Origin: a virus
DNA: 64,000 bases
Virus record (IMG/VR): IMGVR_UViG_3300012663_000801
Location: 1 to 64,000 of that record
Reading direction: 5' to 3' (one strand)
Part shown: in pieces, positions 1-9,651 of the stretch
Layout of the letters: the number at the start of each line of letters is the position of its first letter
How positions within the stretch are numbered: the stretch's first letter is position 1
Notes under the pieces: generated by a model
Told to the model about the DNA's origin: nothing
Database searches by the model: none
The model's input: the letters and a program-made list of their open reading frames with translations, nothing else
Program-made: the position numbers and the translations under genes

Positions 1-335
1 TTTCGGAATGGTATATAACATTACTGAATAGGGGTGTATACGTGAACACCTAACGACCCGATAGAGACTAAACATGCAAGGTTCGATTCCAAGTGCAAGG
101 TTGCTGTATGTTTAACGAACGAACGTGAAATCCGGGTCATCCCTTTACAAAAACAAAAATATGATTCATAATACCATAATCAAAAAAGGTTATCAATTTG
201 TGGTGTATAATGGTGTTCACATATTGATACATCCAAACTTCATTAACATTATGGTTGCCGTGGAGACTTCACCCGGTGGTAAAATAATTCTAGTTCAAAC
301 ATCTGATCACACACTTAATATAAATTAACAACAAT

Positions 336-641
336 ATGCTACTGGTAAAATTTGACGACAATTGGGCTGATGAAATGGATGTCAGCGGGTTTAAGCTTTT
401 CAAAAGCGAACAAGACTGGCAAAAAGCTATCGATAAATTCAAAGATGAATTGGACATTGATGATGAAGAAGATTGCTGTTTTGAGGTTTACTTTGGAACT
501 AATGAAGAAAATCAATACACTTCATTCAGCCGATTTTTAAGGCGTTTCGAAGTTATACATATCTCTGATGCTGAAGCAGCCGTATTGCTTACACTCTTTC
601 CTAACCTCGTTCAATTCGAATACGGGCACTTCCCAATTTAA
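336..641 (+). CDS. hypothetical acidic protein
   Basis: ATG ORF, 101 aa, tightly packed with next gene. Confidence 0.7.
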   Translation: MLLVKFDDNWADEMDVSGFKLFKSEQDWQKAIDKFKDELDIDDEEDCCFEVYFGTNEENQYTSFSRFLRRFEVIHISDAEAAVLLTLFPNLVQFEYGHFPI

Positions 642-642
642 T

Positions 643-1137
643 ATGAATTCCGTTGAGATTAAAGCACCGACCAGACTTCCCGATCCTTTTGGAAGTGATG
701 TTGAATTGTATAATGCTGATGTTGCCATCTTCCTAGCTGGTAGCATTGAAATGGGATCGGCTGAGAAATGGCAAGATCAATTCGTTGCAAGGTATCCTAA
801 AGGTGTATTGTTCTTTAATCCTCGACGGGATGATTGGGATGCTACTTGGGATCATAATAGCGACCAATTCAACGAACAGGTTAATTGGGAGCTTGACATG
901 CTTGATGATTCTGATATCATCGCCATGTATTTTGATCCCAATACAAAAAGTCCAATCAGTCTTCTTGAACTTGGACTGTATGCGAGCCAACGAAAGTTGA
1001 TTGTCTGCTGTCCTGATGGATATTGGCGACAAGGTAATGTTCGTGTGGTGTGTGAACGCTACAACATTCCATTCTTTACAAACAAAGAGGATTGGTATGC
1101 ATACATTGATAAAAATCTAGTTCCATCTTATGTCTGA
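643..1137 (+). CDS. nucleoside 2-deoxyribosyltransferase-like protein
   Basis: IFLAGSI, NPRRDDW, QVNWEL, SPISLLELG motifs; start moved to ATG 643. Confidence 0.8.
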   Translation: MNSVEIKAPTRLPDPFGSDVELYNADVAIFLAGSIEMGSAEKWQDQFVARYPKGVLFFNPRRDDWDATWDHNSDQFNEQVNWELDMLDDSDIIAMYFDPNTKSPISLLELGLYASQRKLIVCCPDGYWRQGNVRVVCERYNIPFFTNKEDWYAYIDKNLVPSYV

Positions 1138-1324
1138 CAAATTCACAATCCAACAAGTCCGTAATTATGTGGAAGGTTGGCTTACTACATCTTCCGACAC
1201 TTCAAACCTTTCGATCAATGAAATCAAAGCGATGCTCAACAATGCTTTGATTTGTTTGGATGATCATAACGATGGAATTGCATCTTACGTGGAACGATTT
1301 CCTGAATCAAATAACGACGAATAA
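1130..1324 (+). CDS. hypothetical protein
   Basis: ORF whose TAA overlaps the TAAAAACTA repeat. Confidence 0.6.
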   Translation: MSDKFTIQQVRNYVEGWLTTSSDTSNLSINEIKAMLNNALICLDDHNDGIASYVERFPESNNDE

Positions 1325-1345
1325 AAACTAAAGTATCATTCTCCC

Positions 1346-2170
1346 ATGATCGCTTACAAAGCTACCTATAATTTCAAGTGCCGTAATCAAACCTATAAAG
1401 TCGGCAAGACTTATACCTCTGATCGAATGGAAATGTGTAAATACGGATTCCATTTCTGTCAAAAGATGGAGGACGTTCTTGGTTATTACTCTCCCAATAA
1501 TGACTTTATTCTGCTTGAGATTGAGGTTCTCGGCAAGATTGAAACGAGGGGTGATAAGAGTGTTACCGATAAGTTCCGGGTGTTGCGCGTGATTCCTCAA
1601 GAGGAATATACTGAGTATATGAAGAAGCAATTCCCAATCCGCGAATATAACGAGCGGGGAAATATTATCTTTGAGTCAACGCTGTTCAGCGAAGTCACGT
1701 TTCAATACGATGAACGTAACAACAAGATTTCCGAAACCTCTACAACTTACGGCACAATCACCTATAAATACGACAAGCGCAACAATCTGATTTCTGAAGA
1801 GTCGGTATTCGGCAAAATTAAATATACTTACGACGAACGTAACAACCGTATCACTACTAAGTGGAGTAATGGCGACACTGTCACTTTTAAGTATGATGAA
1901 CGGAATAACAAGATTTCCGAGTCTAATTCAAATGGTAATGTATACACTTTTGAATATGATGAGCGCAACAATCTGATTTCTGAAACATATCCAAGTGGCC
2001 GTAGGTATGAATACGCTTATGATGATCGGGGCAATCGCATTTCTGAAAAATATCCAAGTGGTGATGTTCTCACCAAAACATTTGATAAGAACAACAATCT
2101 TATTGAAGAAGGCTTTGCAGATGGCCATATCGTCACTTACGAATTTGCCAACATTACCGAAGAAGACTAA
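1346..2170 (+). CDS. YD-like repeat protein, paralog 1
   Basis: N-terminal MIAYKATYNFKCRNQ...GFHFC domain plus ~21-aa YDERNN repeats; paralogs at 29330 and 30473. Confidence 0.85.
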   Translation: MIAYKATYNFKCRNQTYKVGKTYTSDRMEMCKYGFHFCQKMEDVLGYYSPNNDFILLEIEVLGKIETRGDKSVTDKFRVLRVIPQEEYTEYMKKQFPIREYNERGNIIFESTLFSEVTFQYDERNNKISETSTTYGTITYKYDKRNNLISEESVFGKIKYTYDERNNRITTKWSNGDTVTFKYDERNNKISESNSNGNVYTFEYDERNNLISETYPSGRRYEYAYDDRGNRISEKYPSGDVLTKTFDKNNNLIEEGFADGHIVTYEFANITEED

Positions 2171-2198
2171 AGGGTATTAAGCATACAATTTTAAAACC

Positions 2199-2402
2199 AT
2201 GAGACTACTTGTAGAATCTGATATGGCGAGAGAAGCACGACTGAAACAATGGCATAAATTTTTTAGTATCCTGCCACGTAAAGTATCCACCAACGATCCA
2301 ACTAAAGATTGTTGGGTTTGGTTGGAAACAATCGAACGAGTGCGATATTACTATTTCGTAACAGGTTATCGTAATCATTATCGCCTGATTGAAAAAGAAT
2401 AA
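2199..2402 (+). CDS. hypothetical protein
   Basis: ORF in co-directional run. Confidence 0.6.
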   Translation: MRLLVESDMAREARLKQWHKFFSILPRKVSTNDPTKDCWVWLETIERVRYYYFVTGYRNHYRLIEKE

Positions 2403-2410
2403 AATATATT

Positions 2411-2620
2411 ATGTCATATATCGAATGCTCACCAGACTGGATCAGAAATGTAATTACTGGCAAAATACAATTTCGTAAATGTCCTGTTTGTGATAATGAC
2501 GCAATTGAACACCAAGCGTATGATGAAAACGGGGAGCCATGTGGTTCTGACGTAGAGGATTCTCAACGCCATCCATGTGAAAATTGTGAGGAAATCGGAT
2601 ACATCGAAATTCCAAGATAA
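2411..2620 (+). CDS. small zinc-finger-like protein
   Basis: CPVC and CENC pairs. Confidence 0.6.
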   Translation: MSYIECSPDWIRNVITGKIQFRKCPVCDNDAIEHQAYDENGEPCGSDVEDSQRHPCENCEEIGYIEIPR

Positions 2621-2634
2621 AAATAAATAAAATT

Positions 2635-3060
2635 ATGGGATCATTATTCAACAATCGTAAAATTCTACACGGTCTTCCAAAAGTTGGCCAAAAGATCGTG
2701 TTCAGACAACCAGCAAAATTCGCATTCTTCCGCGCTACTGTGGATGCGGAAAAAAATCTACTTGAAATAGGTAAAACCTATACAGTTCGGGATGTTCAAC
2801 TCAATTCATCCACCACTTATGTTTGGTTGGAAGAATTCACCGATCCTAATGTATTTTTCAATATGCATTCTTTTGATTGGGAAGCCCCAGAGATCCAACC
2901 TGAAGAATTGATTGGTTTCTATGAAAGTGATCTTGCAATTCTTCGTTACAAATATAGCGTTGGTGTTATTATAAATGATGAAGTGCGATACGAAGGTTCG
3001 CCTGTATATTCCCTTACAGTAGAAAATGGGAAAATTGTAAAAGCAGAATTCAGCAAATAA
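2635..3060 (+). CDS. hypothetical protein
   Basis: 141-aa ORF in run. Confidence 0.7.
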   Translation: MGSLFNNRKILHGLPKVGQKIVFRQPAKFAFFRATVDAEKNLLEIGKTYTVRDVQLNSSTTYVWLEEFTDPNVFFNMHSFDWEAPEIQPEELIGFYESDLAILRYKYSVGVIINDEVRYEGSPVYSLTVENGKIVKAEFSK

Positions 3061-3303
3061 ATCAGATGAACACATATGCCCGATGATTATCTGGGGCGAA
3101 GAAACTGGAAAAATTGAAAAGCGTAAAAAAAATTTGGAGAATCTGGGCTAATGCGATGGGGCAAAAAGCCCTCATTGATGATAAAGAAGCAGATATTGTA
3201 GCAATCATTCGCACTGTGTTCTGGGTGGTCAACCTCATTACCTGCTTCTTCATTATCGCAAATGCTATCCATCATTGGTAAAAAATTTATAAATATTAAA
3301 GAA

Positions 3304-3732
3304 ATGAACGTATTCATCGATGACATCCGTTTTCCGAAAGATGCTTGGATCTACCCAAGACGAGACGAAAATAAATTCATTATTTCTGGTAAATCCCTCG
3401 AAAATATTTCTGGTATTCCTAATGGTGATTGGGATATTGTTCGAACTTACAAAGATTTCGTAGCGTATATTGAGAAGAACGGTATTCCTGATGTGATCAG
3501 CTTTGATCACGACTTACATCCAGAACACATGGATCATTATTTTGACGTAACATCCAAAACAGGTATTATCGAATATGGCAATTTAAAAGTTGAAACTGGT
3601 AAGCATTGCGCTGAATACCTCATTGAAAAGTGGAAAGAATCTGGTAAGGTCAAAACCCCAGTGTGTCATGTGCATAGCGCAAACCAATGGGGTGCTGCGA
3701 ATATCAATGAAGTCTTGAAACAACTCATTTAA
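3304..3732 (+). CDS. cyclic-phosphate processing receiver-domain protein
   Basis: FIDDIR, ISFDHDL, TG, HSAN motifs; directly upstream of RNA ligase. Confidence 0.8.
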   Translation: MNVFIDDIRFPKDAWIYPRRDENKFIISGKSLENISGIPNGDWDIVRTYKDFVAYIEKNGIPDVISFDHDLHPEHMDHYFDVTSKTGIIEYGNLKVETGKHCAEYLIEKWKESGKVKTPVCHVHSANQWGAANINEVLKQLI

Positions 3733-3778
3733 AAATACAGTCAATCGTTACTTTTAAAAACTAGAATATCATCGCTGC

Positions 3779-4855
3779 ATGAAGCTCCCGAATCCAGAAG
3801 AATTCAATTTCAAAGATTGTGTAGTGCTTGGCGATGATTGCTGGTTAATCACGCCAAAAGAAATCGGCGTGAAATGGACGGAAGAGACTATGAAGTTCCG
3901 TTCAATGGTGGTCCGTAAGTCTGATCATTTCATTGTTTCGCGTTCATTTCCGAAATTCTTTAATTGGTCCGAGCAACCGGATTTGGATAAATTCCCAATC
4001 AATGAATCTTTCTATGCTTATGAAAAGCTTGATGGATCTCTGGGTATTTTCGATTCATACAAGAATCAACTGGTTGCTAGAACCAGAGGAACAGTGGATC
4101 TGAGACAGCTTCCGAATGGACACGAATTGGATTTCCTTCTGGAAAAATATAAAAAATTCTTCGATTACGTAATCCAAGATTCTGAAATTACCTATCTTTG
4201 CGAATGGCAGACCAACAACAATGTTATTGTTATTGGTGGGTTTCCCGAACCAAAATTGTCTTTGATCGGTGGTATCCATAAGGTTACTGGTAAGATGTTC
4301 TCACAATCCCATTTGGATGATTTGGCTAAAGATCTGGATATTCCTCGCCCAGAAAAATATCATTATAATTCCATTCAGGAATGTATCGATGATGTTGAAA
4401 TGTGGGTGGGGAAAGAAGGTGTCGTTCTCTATTCAGAGAGCAACAAGATGCGTAAAATCAAGGGTAGTTGGTATTGCTCTGTGCATCGCCTTGCCACTGG
4501 ATTGCGTAGCGTTTCCCATGTCTTGGAATTCTTTTTAGAGTCACCGAGATTCACTGAATATCAGGAATTTTATAATTATACTGTTGATCACATCGATTAC
4601 GAAGTCGCTGAAAAAATCAAGGATGAAGCACTGCAAATCACTGATGCTTATGCACAATTCGTGAAAGGTGTTGAAAAAATGCGTGATGCTATCGACCGAA
4701 ATATCCGTCATTATGATACCCGAAAGGAACAGGCAATGACTATCCAACAGGAATTCAGTGGGTGGAAGACACCTATTGCATTTATTCTGCTTGATAATCG
4801 AGAAATCGATGATAAGGTTGTTCGTAAAGCAATGGAAAAGATCCTAGATATTTAA
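3779..4855 (+). CDS. T4 Rnl1-like RNA ligase
   Basis: FPKFFN, EKLDGSL (adenylation motif I), EGVV, KIK motifs. Confidence 0.85.
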   Translation: MKLPNPEEFNFKDCVVLGDDCWLITPKEIGVKWTEETMKFRSMVVRKSDHFIVSRSFPKFFNWSEQPDLDKFPINESFYAYEKLDGSLGIFDSYKNQLVARTRGTVDLRQLPNGHELDFLLEKYKKFFDYVIQDSEITYLCEWQTNNNVIVIGGFPEPKLSLIGGIHKVTGKMFSQSHLDDLAKDLDIPRPEKYHYNSIQECIDDVEMWVGKEGVVLYSESNKMRKIKGSWYCSVHRLATGLRSVSHVLEFFLESPRFTEYQEFYNYTVDHIDYEVAEKIKDEALQITDAYAQFVKGVEKMRDAIDRNIRHYDTRKEQAMTIQQEFSGWKTPIAFILLDNREIDDKVVRKAMEKILDI

Positions 4856-4892
4856 AAAACAAATTAAAAGATAAAAAGAAAGAATTCAGTGT

Positions 4893-5330
4893 ATGTTGAA
4901 CAAAATTAAAGAAGATACTGTCAAAGCCATGCGCGAAAAGACCCAATTGGATTTGGGTGTGTTGCGAATGTTGAAGAGTGCGATTGAGAATGCTCAAATT
5001 GCTAAAAAGGGTGAACTCTCTTCTGCTGAGATTGTCGGTCTAATTCGTAAACAAATCACACAGCGGCAGGATTCTGCTGATCAATTCCGCAATGGTGGAA
5101 GAGAAGAATTAGCAAATAAAGAATTGGCAGAGATTTCCGTTCTTCAGGGATATCTACCAGTCGAATGGTCCGATGAACAGTTGGAAACCAATGTCCAATT
5201 GGCTATTGACAATCTCGGAGCATCTGGTAAAAAGGACATGGGCCGAGTGATCAAAGCTGTCGCTGAATCCGCCAATGGACAATGTGACAACAAGAGAATC
5301 TCGCAAATCGTAGCTAAAAAATTAAATTAA
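4893..5330 (+). CDS. GatB/YqeY domain protein
   Basis: AMR..LRMLKSAI, GREELANKELAEI, KDMGRVIK. Confidence 0.9.
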   Translation: MLNKIKEDTVKAMREKTQLDLGVLRMLKSAIENAQIAKKGELSSAEIVGLIRKQITQRQDSADQFRNGGREELANKELAEISVLQGYLPVEWSDEQLETNVQLAIDNLGASGKKDMGRVIKAVAESANGQCDNKRISQIVAKKLN

Positions 5331-5331
5331 T

Positions 5332-5610
5332 ATGTCTGAAGAAACACAAGAAAATAATAATTCCACCAATTCGGTAAGCATCACATTGGCAACTAGCAGC
5401 ACATGCGGTCCTTGTCATATGCTCAAATCAAAATTGGAGAAATTGGGTTTGTCTGTTGAAAAAAAGAATTATAGCGATATTGAAGATATCGGATGGTTCC
5501 GAAAGCATGGCATTCGGAACGTCCCATGCTTGGTAGTCGAAACGGACAAGAACGTGGAGATTATTCAAGGAATGGAAGAAATCATTCAACGAATCAAGAG
5601 CGGTGCATGA
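5332..5610 (+). CDS. glutaredoxin/thioredoxin-like protein
   Basis: CGPC and VP motifs. Confidence 0.8.
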   Translation: MSEETQENNNSTNSVSITLATSSTCGPCHMLKSKLEKLGLSVEKKNYSDIEDIGWFRKHGIRNVPCLVVETDKNVEIIQGMEEIIQRIKSGA

Positions 5611-6257
5611 ACAAAATTATTAAACATAGATGGGAAGAAAGGAACGATATTTTCTTCTCAAGCGATTGGCACAATTTCCACGATCCAAAATGGCCGACAC
5701 CAATTTGGCAGATGAGAGGCTATGCTTCTCCTCAAGAGTCATTGGATGATGTCGTCAATAAAATCAACGCAAGAGTTGGTCGTAATGGTATTTTATATTT
5801 TCTTGGTGATGGATTCCTGAACACCACCGATGAACAGGTATTGGAGTGGTTCAAAAGAATCGAATGTCGAAATATTCGTCTTCTGTTTGGCAACCACGAA
5901 AGTCAGGTTTATCGGGTCTACAAAAAGGCAGTCCAAGAGAAATACGGATTTGAAGACATAGAGGTGTATCCTCTTCAAGTGGATAATTTGATGTTTCTTG
6001 GTAATTATCAGGAAATACAAATTGGTAAAAAGGGAATTGTGTTACAGCATTTCCCACTGAGAACTTGGAATTGGAATTCCAAAGGTTCTTGGCACCTGCA
6101 TGGTCATTCTCACAATACAGACCAAACAAGAAACCCTGAATATCATATGGGTAAATGTTTGGATTGTTCGTGGGAATATAAAAAGGATATCTGGTCCTTT
6201 TCAGAAATTGAAGAAGTCATGTCAACCAAAGAAATCCAGATCAATGATCATCATTGA
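5607..6257 (+). CDS. calcineurin-like metallophosphoesterase
   Basis: SDWH, LGD, GNHE, HFP, HGHSH motifs; ATG 5607 overlaps upstream TGA. Confidence 0.85.
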   Translation: MNKIIKHRWEERNDIFFSSDWHNFHDPKWPTPIWQMRGYASPQESLDDVVNKINARVGRNGILYFLGDGFLNTTDEQVLEWFKRIECRNIRLLFGNHESQVYRVYKKAVQEKYGFEDIEVYPLQVDNLMFLGNYQEIQIGKKGIVLQHFPLRTWNWNSKGSWHLHGHSHNTDQTRNPEYHMGKCLDCSWEYKKDIWSFSEIEEVMSTKEIQINDHH

Positions 6258-6298
6258 TGGTTGACAATTTGAGAAACAATAGTAACATAAAAATGATT

Positions 6299-6535
6299 AT
6301 GGAAAACAACAATACAAATAGGAAGAACAAGCAGTGGCTTAGAAGCCGTGACCAACGTAAGCACCCGAAGATTTTTAATGTTCAGATGGTGCAATTGAGA
6401 GACGGATCTTTCCACATGTTGGGTGGAGGTTCAAAGGTTGCTGTGAAGCTCAATCAGCACACTGCTCAATGGAAGAATGTCGATGTGCGCGATCTGGCGA
6501 CTGAGATGAGGTTGAACGGTGTTCGTTCATTCTAA
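6299..6535 (+). CDS. basic hypothetical protein
   Basis: ORF after TTGACA-N16-TAACAT (starting 6261) and followed by a hairpin. Confidence 0.65.
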   Translation: MENNNTNRKNKQWLRSRDQRKHPKIFNVQMVQLRDGSFHMLGGGSKVAVKLNQHTAQWKNVDVRDLATEMRLNGVRSF

Positions 6536-6642
6536 TCGAAAATTCCGAAAAGAGTCTCTGAAACACGGGACACTTTTCGTCTTAAAAACTAGAGGATACT
6601 TGCGATCACAAATATTTCATTTAACTCTAACTTTTTAAAATT

Positions 6643-7131
6643 ATTAATATCTTCTCTACCTCAGATTGTCCTGATCAATCAGCAAGATGGCTTGTAAATA
6701 AACATTGTATTAAGATGTTGCTCGAAAGTTCGCAGCTTCTATGCACTGCTTATCACGAACAAGGTATTGAAGCACCATACAAGCCGAGTCACAGGAATCA
6801 TCCGTCCAGCATTTGGACCAGAATGAGTTATGATAATTTCCAATGGCTCATTGCACATGCTCATGCGATCTCCGATGAATATACGGCACGGTATGGGAAG
6901 GTTCACAAATCTAAAGCTGTCCTTGAATGGTGTGAAGATCATGCTCATCTATTGGGTTTCGATTCTTTCGATCTGACACCTTTTGCTATCGCAATTGCAG
7001 ATGATTGTGTTTGTCGGACTCTACCTAATTTCGAGTCTCTTCCAGCCACTGAAAAATACAGGCAATATATTTTGCTGGATAAAAAGCATATCCACGAATG
7101 GAAGAGAAACAAACCTCATTGGATTCTTTAA
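6643..7131 (+). CDS. pyrimidine-dimer DNA glycosylase-like phage protein (apparent ATT start)
   Basis: (M)NIF...KHCIKMLLESSQLLCTA, YKPSHRNHPSSIW, EYTARYGKVH. Confidence 0.7.
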   Translation: MNIFSTSDCPDQSARWLVNKHCIKMLLESSQLLCTAYHEQGIEAPYKPSHRNHPSSIWTRMSYDNFQWLIAHAHAISDEYTARYGKVHKSKAVLEWCEDHAHLLGFDSFDLTPFAIAIADDCVCRTLPNFESLPATEKYRQYILLDKKHIHEWKRNKPHWIL

Positions 7132-7138
7132 AATAATT

Positions 7139-7348
7139 ATGCAAAAATCATCCATCGAAGCACAGTGGGAAGTTGAGCTTAATTGTCACTGCCCGAAATG
7201 TGGGGAATATGTAAATCTTCTCGATTATCCCGATTTCTGGGATGGTAGAAAATTGGATATTCCAGAACACGACACGAAATATAGCGATAATTTGGAAGTT
7301 AATTGTCCCGAATGTGACCACGCTTTTGAAGTGTGTTGCGTCTGGTAA
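7139..7348 (+). CDS. zinc-ribbon protein
   Basis: CPKC and CPEC pairs. Confidence 0.65.
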   Translation: MQKSSIEAQWEVELNCHCPKCGEYVNLLDYPDFWDGRKLDIPEHDTKYSDNLEVNCPECDHAFEVCCVW

Positions 7349-7369
7349 AAACTAGAATACAATTCGTGT

Positions 7370-7810
7370 GTGCTAGAAACCACTGGACAAATCAAAGTTG
7401 ATCAAAAGCAATCACGCATTGTGGTTGAATTGTCTGCTGATATCATCAGATATTATTCATGGTTTGTTTCAAAGGAATACTGGATCAATCTACAGAGTCC
7501 GAAATACGGCGCACATGTCACAATAGGCAACGAAAAAATCCATAAAGATATTGATTGGAAGAAAGCGATTGCATACAATGGCAAGAAAATTAAATTTCAA
7601 TATGATCATTATTTGATTCGTGGTGGCTACACCAAAGGATTCATAATGTTTTATTTAAAAGTCTACTCGGAAGAGCTTGACAAAATGAAGAAAGAACTTA
7701 AAATCATAGACAACGATGGGTTCAGAGGACTTCATATAACTTTAGGTCATTCTGGAAAATCCGATGCATCGCACATGTTGTATTGGCCCAAAATGATTGA
7801 AATAAAATAA
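7370..7810 (+). CDS. 2H phosphoesterase-like protein
   Basis: two HxT motifs (AHVTI, LHITL) about 70 aa apart; GTG start after repeat. Confidence 0.65.
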   Translation: MLETTGQIKVDQKQSRIVVELSADIIRYYSWFVSKEYWINLQSPKYGAHVTIGNEKIHKDIDWKKAIAYNGKKIKFQYDHYLIRGGYTKGFIMFYLKVYSEELDKMKKELKIIDNDGFRGLHITLGHSGKSDASHMLYWPKMIEIK

Positions 7811-7819
7811 AAATACAAA

Positions 7820-8119
7820 ATGGAATACGATTACTACAAGGTAGATTTAGTTAAAAAATCATACACAGAGGCTTACGTCAAAATCCCCAAAGGAGAAAAA
7901 TTAAAATTACAAGATGTTAATCTTTTGATTCCTGAATTTATCGAAGATATTCATGATTATGATTGGGATGACTTCGGATGGGAAAAAGATGTCGATATCC
8001 ATGAAATTTCCAAAGTGTCGGAAAAGGAAGCTATAATTTATCCTGTTTATGACGCGACTGATCACTTTCCGAAACCACAGGAACCCGTTGATCCCAATCA
8101 AATGACCTTCGAACTTTAA
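7820..8119 (+). CDS. hypothetical protein
   Basis: ORF ending in repeat. Confidence 0.65.
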   Translation: MEYDYYKVDLVKKSYTEAYVKIPKGEKLKLQDVNLLIPEFIEDIHDYDWDDFGWEKDVDIHEISKVSEKEAIIYPVYDATDHFPKPQEPVDPNQMTFEL

Positions 8120-8143
8120 AAACTAGAATACAATACACGCATC

Positions 8144-8404
8144 ATGTTAATCAATTATATCAGAAACGAAAATCGTAGACCCCGTGGGGTCGTTGTGGCC
8201 TTCAAGGAAGACGAACAAATCAAATTCGGATTCTCTCTTCACAATCCAATCGATAAGTGGGATCGTGAACTTGGAATCAAGATTGCAGTGGCGCGAGCCA
8301 ATGCCAAGGATTTCCAACTTCCCGATGTCGGCGAACGTCGAGAAAAGGTATCGGAAGCACTGGAACAGATGAAGGTCCGCGCTTCGAAGTATTTCAAGCA
8401 GTAA
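8144..8404 (+). CDS. hypothetical phage protein
   Basis: repeat-led ORF. Confidence 0.7.
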   Translation: MLINYIRNENRRPRGVVVAFKEDEQIKFGFSLHNPIDKWDRELGIKIAVARANAKDFQLPDVGERREKVSEALEQMKVRASKYFKQ

Positions 8405-8418
8405 TTCCATAAAATAAA

Positions 8419-8730
8419 ATGATCCCCGAAAAAACATTACCCATCCACGAACTCAAATATTATCATAGTGATAACCTTGGTTTCGTGTTTATTGGAGCCA
8501 CACCTTCTTCAGATGAAGCAATCCAAAGATTGGGTAATTTTTTAGTGGATATCGGAGTATCTGAAAAATTGCCAGAATTCTATCAGCGTATTGGAAATGC
8601 TACGGCATTTGTGTATGATGGTAACTCTGGCTTTCAAAGCGGTGCCTTTTATCAGGCTTCCAATCGAATCAGTTTTCTAAATAATTTTTTCAAAATCGAA
8701 ACCTTAACTGTTTTTTTGAATGGACTATAA
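8419..8730 (+). CDS. hypothetical protein
   Basis: ORF in run. Confidence 0.65.
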   Translation: MIPEKTLPIHELKYYHSDNLGFVFIGATPSSDEAIQRLGNFLVDIGVSEKLPEFYQRIGNATAFVYDGNSGFQSGAFYQASNRISFLNNFFKIETLTVFLNGL

Positions 8731-8962
8731 GTTGAGGATGGCACCTTTAGAAGAAGGTGGAACGGCTGTTATCGATTATGATCCTGCTTTCCATCACATG
8801 ATGGAAGAAAGTATCGTGCATTGTGGTAGGGAAGATTTGATATTGTGTTCCGTTCCTTCGGTGCATCCGGGGCAATACTCCATGCACTTGATCAGCGATA
8901 ATAACGACTTGACAAATTGGTGGGATAGTGTTAAGATAATTAGTGAAAAATATGCAAACTGA
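8720..8962 (+). CDS. hypothetical protein
   Basis: overlapping ORF in run. Confidence 0.6.
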   Translation: MDYKLRMAPLEEGGTAVIDYDPAFHHMMEESIVHCGREDLILCSVPSVHPGQYSMHLISDNNDLTNWWDSVKIISEKYAN

Positions 8963-9338
8963 CATTACAATCCCTCTCGATCTTTTCAATGGCGAATACT
9001 CTTTGGATGAAATTGCCACAATGTGTATACTTTTTGCTTCACCGCATCTTTCGGAAAAAACTAGGATACAATGGGCAGACAATCAAACCTGCAACGATGT
9101 AACTGAAAAATTGATTCAAGAAGGTATCATCACTATCCACGAAGATAAAATCGAAATCGATATAAGCAAAAAAATTCCGATGAGTATCACTGATAAAATC
9201 GAAAACATCCTAATCAATTCCAATCTCAATCGAGAAACCATTAACGAGGTGTTGGATCTGGTCGAATCGATTCCACAAGAATCTTCGGAAACATCAGAGT
9301 CAATAGTTCGAACCTACGGTAAAAAAGAAGACTATTGA
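8952..9338 (+). CDS. hypothetical protein containing an internal promoter repeat (~9056)
   Basis: ORF in run. Confidence 0.55.
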   Translation: MQTDITIPLDLFNGEYSLDEIATMCILFASPHLSEKTRIQWADNQTCNDVTEKLIQEGIITIHEDKIEIDISKKIPMSITDKIENILINSNLNRETINEVLDLVESIPQESSETSESIVRTYGKKEDY

Positions 9339-9362
9339 CAAACACGAAAACAGTGTTAAATT
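9335..9362 (+). promoter_or_regulatory. sigma70-like promoter for RNA array
   Basis: TTGACA-N16-TAAATT with TG extension; predicted start about 9369, at unit 1. Confidence 0.6.
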
Positions 9363-9369
9363 AATTTCA

Positions 9370-9626
9370 AGCAAAGAGAGTTCCTAACATATATTAACAA
9401 ATACGAAAATACTCTCCGCTAAAATTTCAAACAAAGAAAGTTCCTAAAAAATTTAATTGGTAAAAAATACTTTCCGTTTGAACAACTTTCCAACTTTTGG
9501 ACAAAGGAATTTCCTAACATATTTAAGGAAAATTTACTTCCCGTCCATCACTTTTAAAACATAACAAAAACAACTTTTGGGTATAGGAAGTTCCTAACTA
9601 ATTCTGCAAATTTTACTTCCCACCCA
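9370..9626 (+). ncRNA. array of four covarying stem-loop RNAs (Y-RNA-like candidate)
   Basis: units 9370-9420, 9426-9482, 9498-9547, 9578-9626; outer stem, AWA/C internal loop, inner stem, loop starting UCCUAA; compensatory changes between units. Confidence 0.75.
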
Positions 9627-9651
9627 TCACTTTTAAAACACAACAAAAATT

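Noticed and set aside
9370-9626. CRISPR or TIGR array
   Set aside because: Units conserve structure rather than sequence; no box C/D motifs and no Cas or Nop-domain protein adjacent
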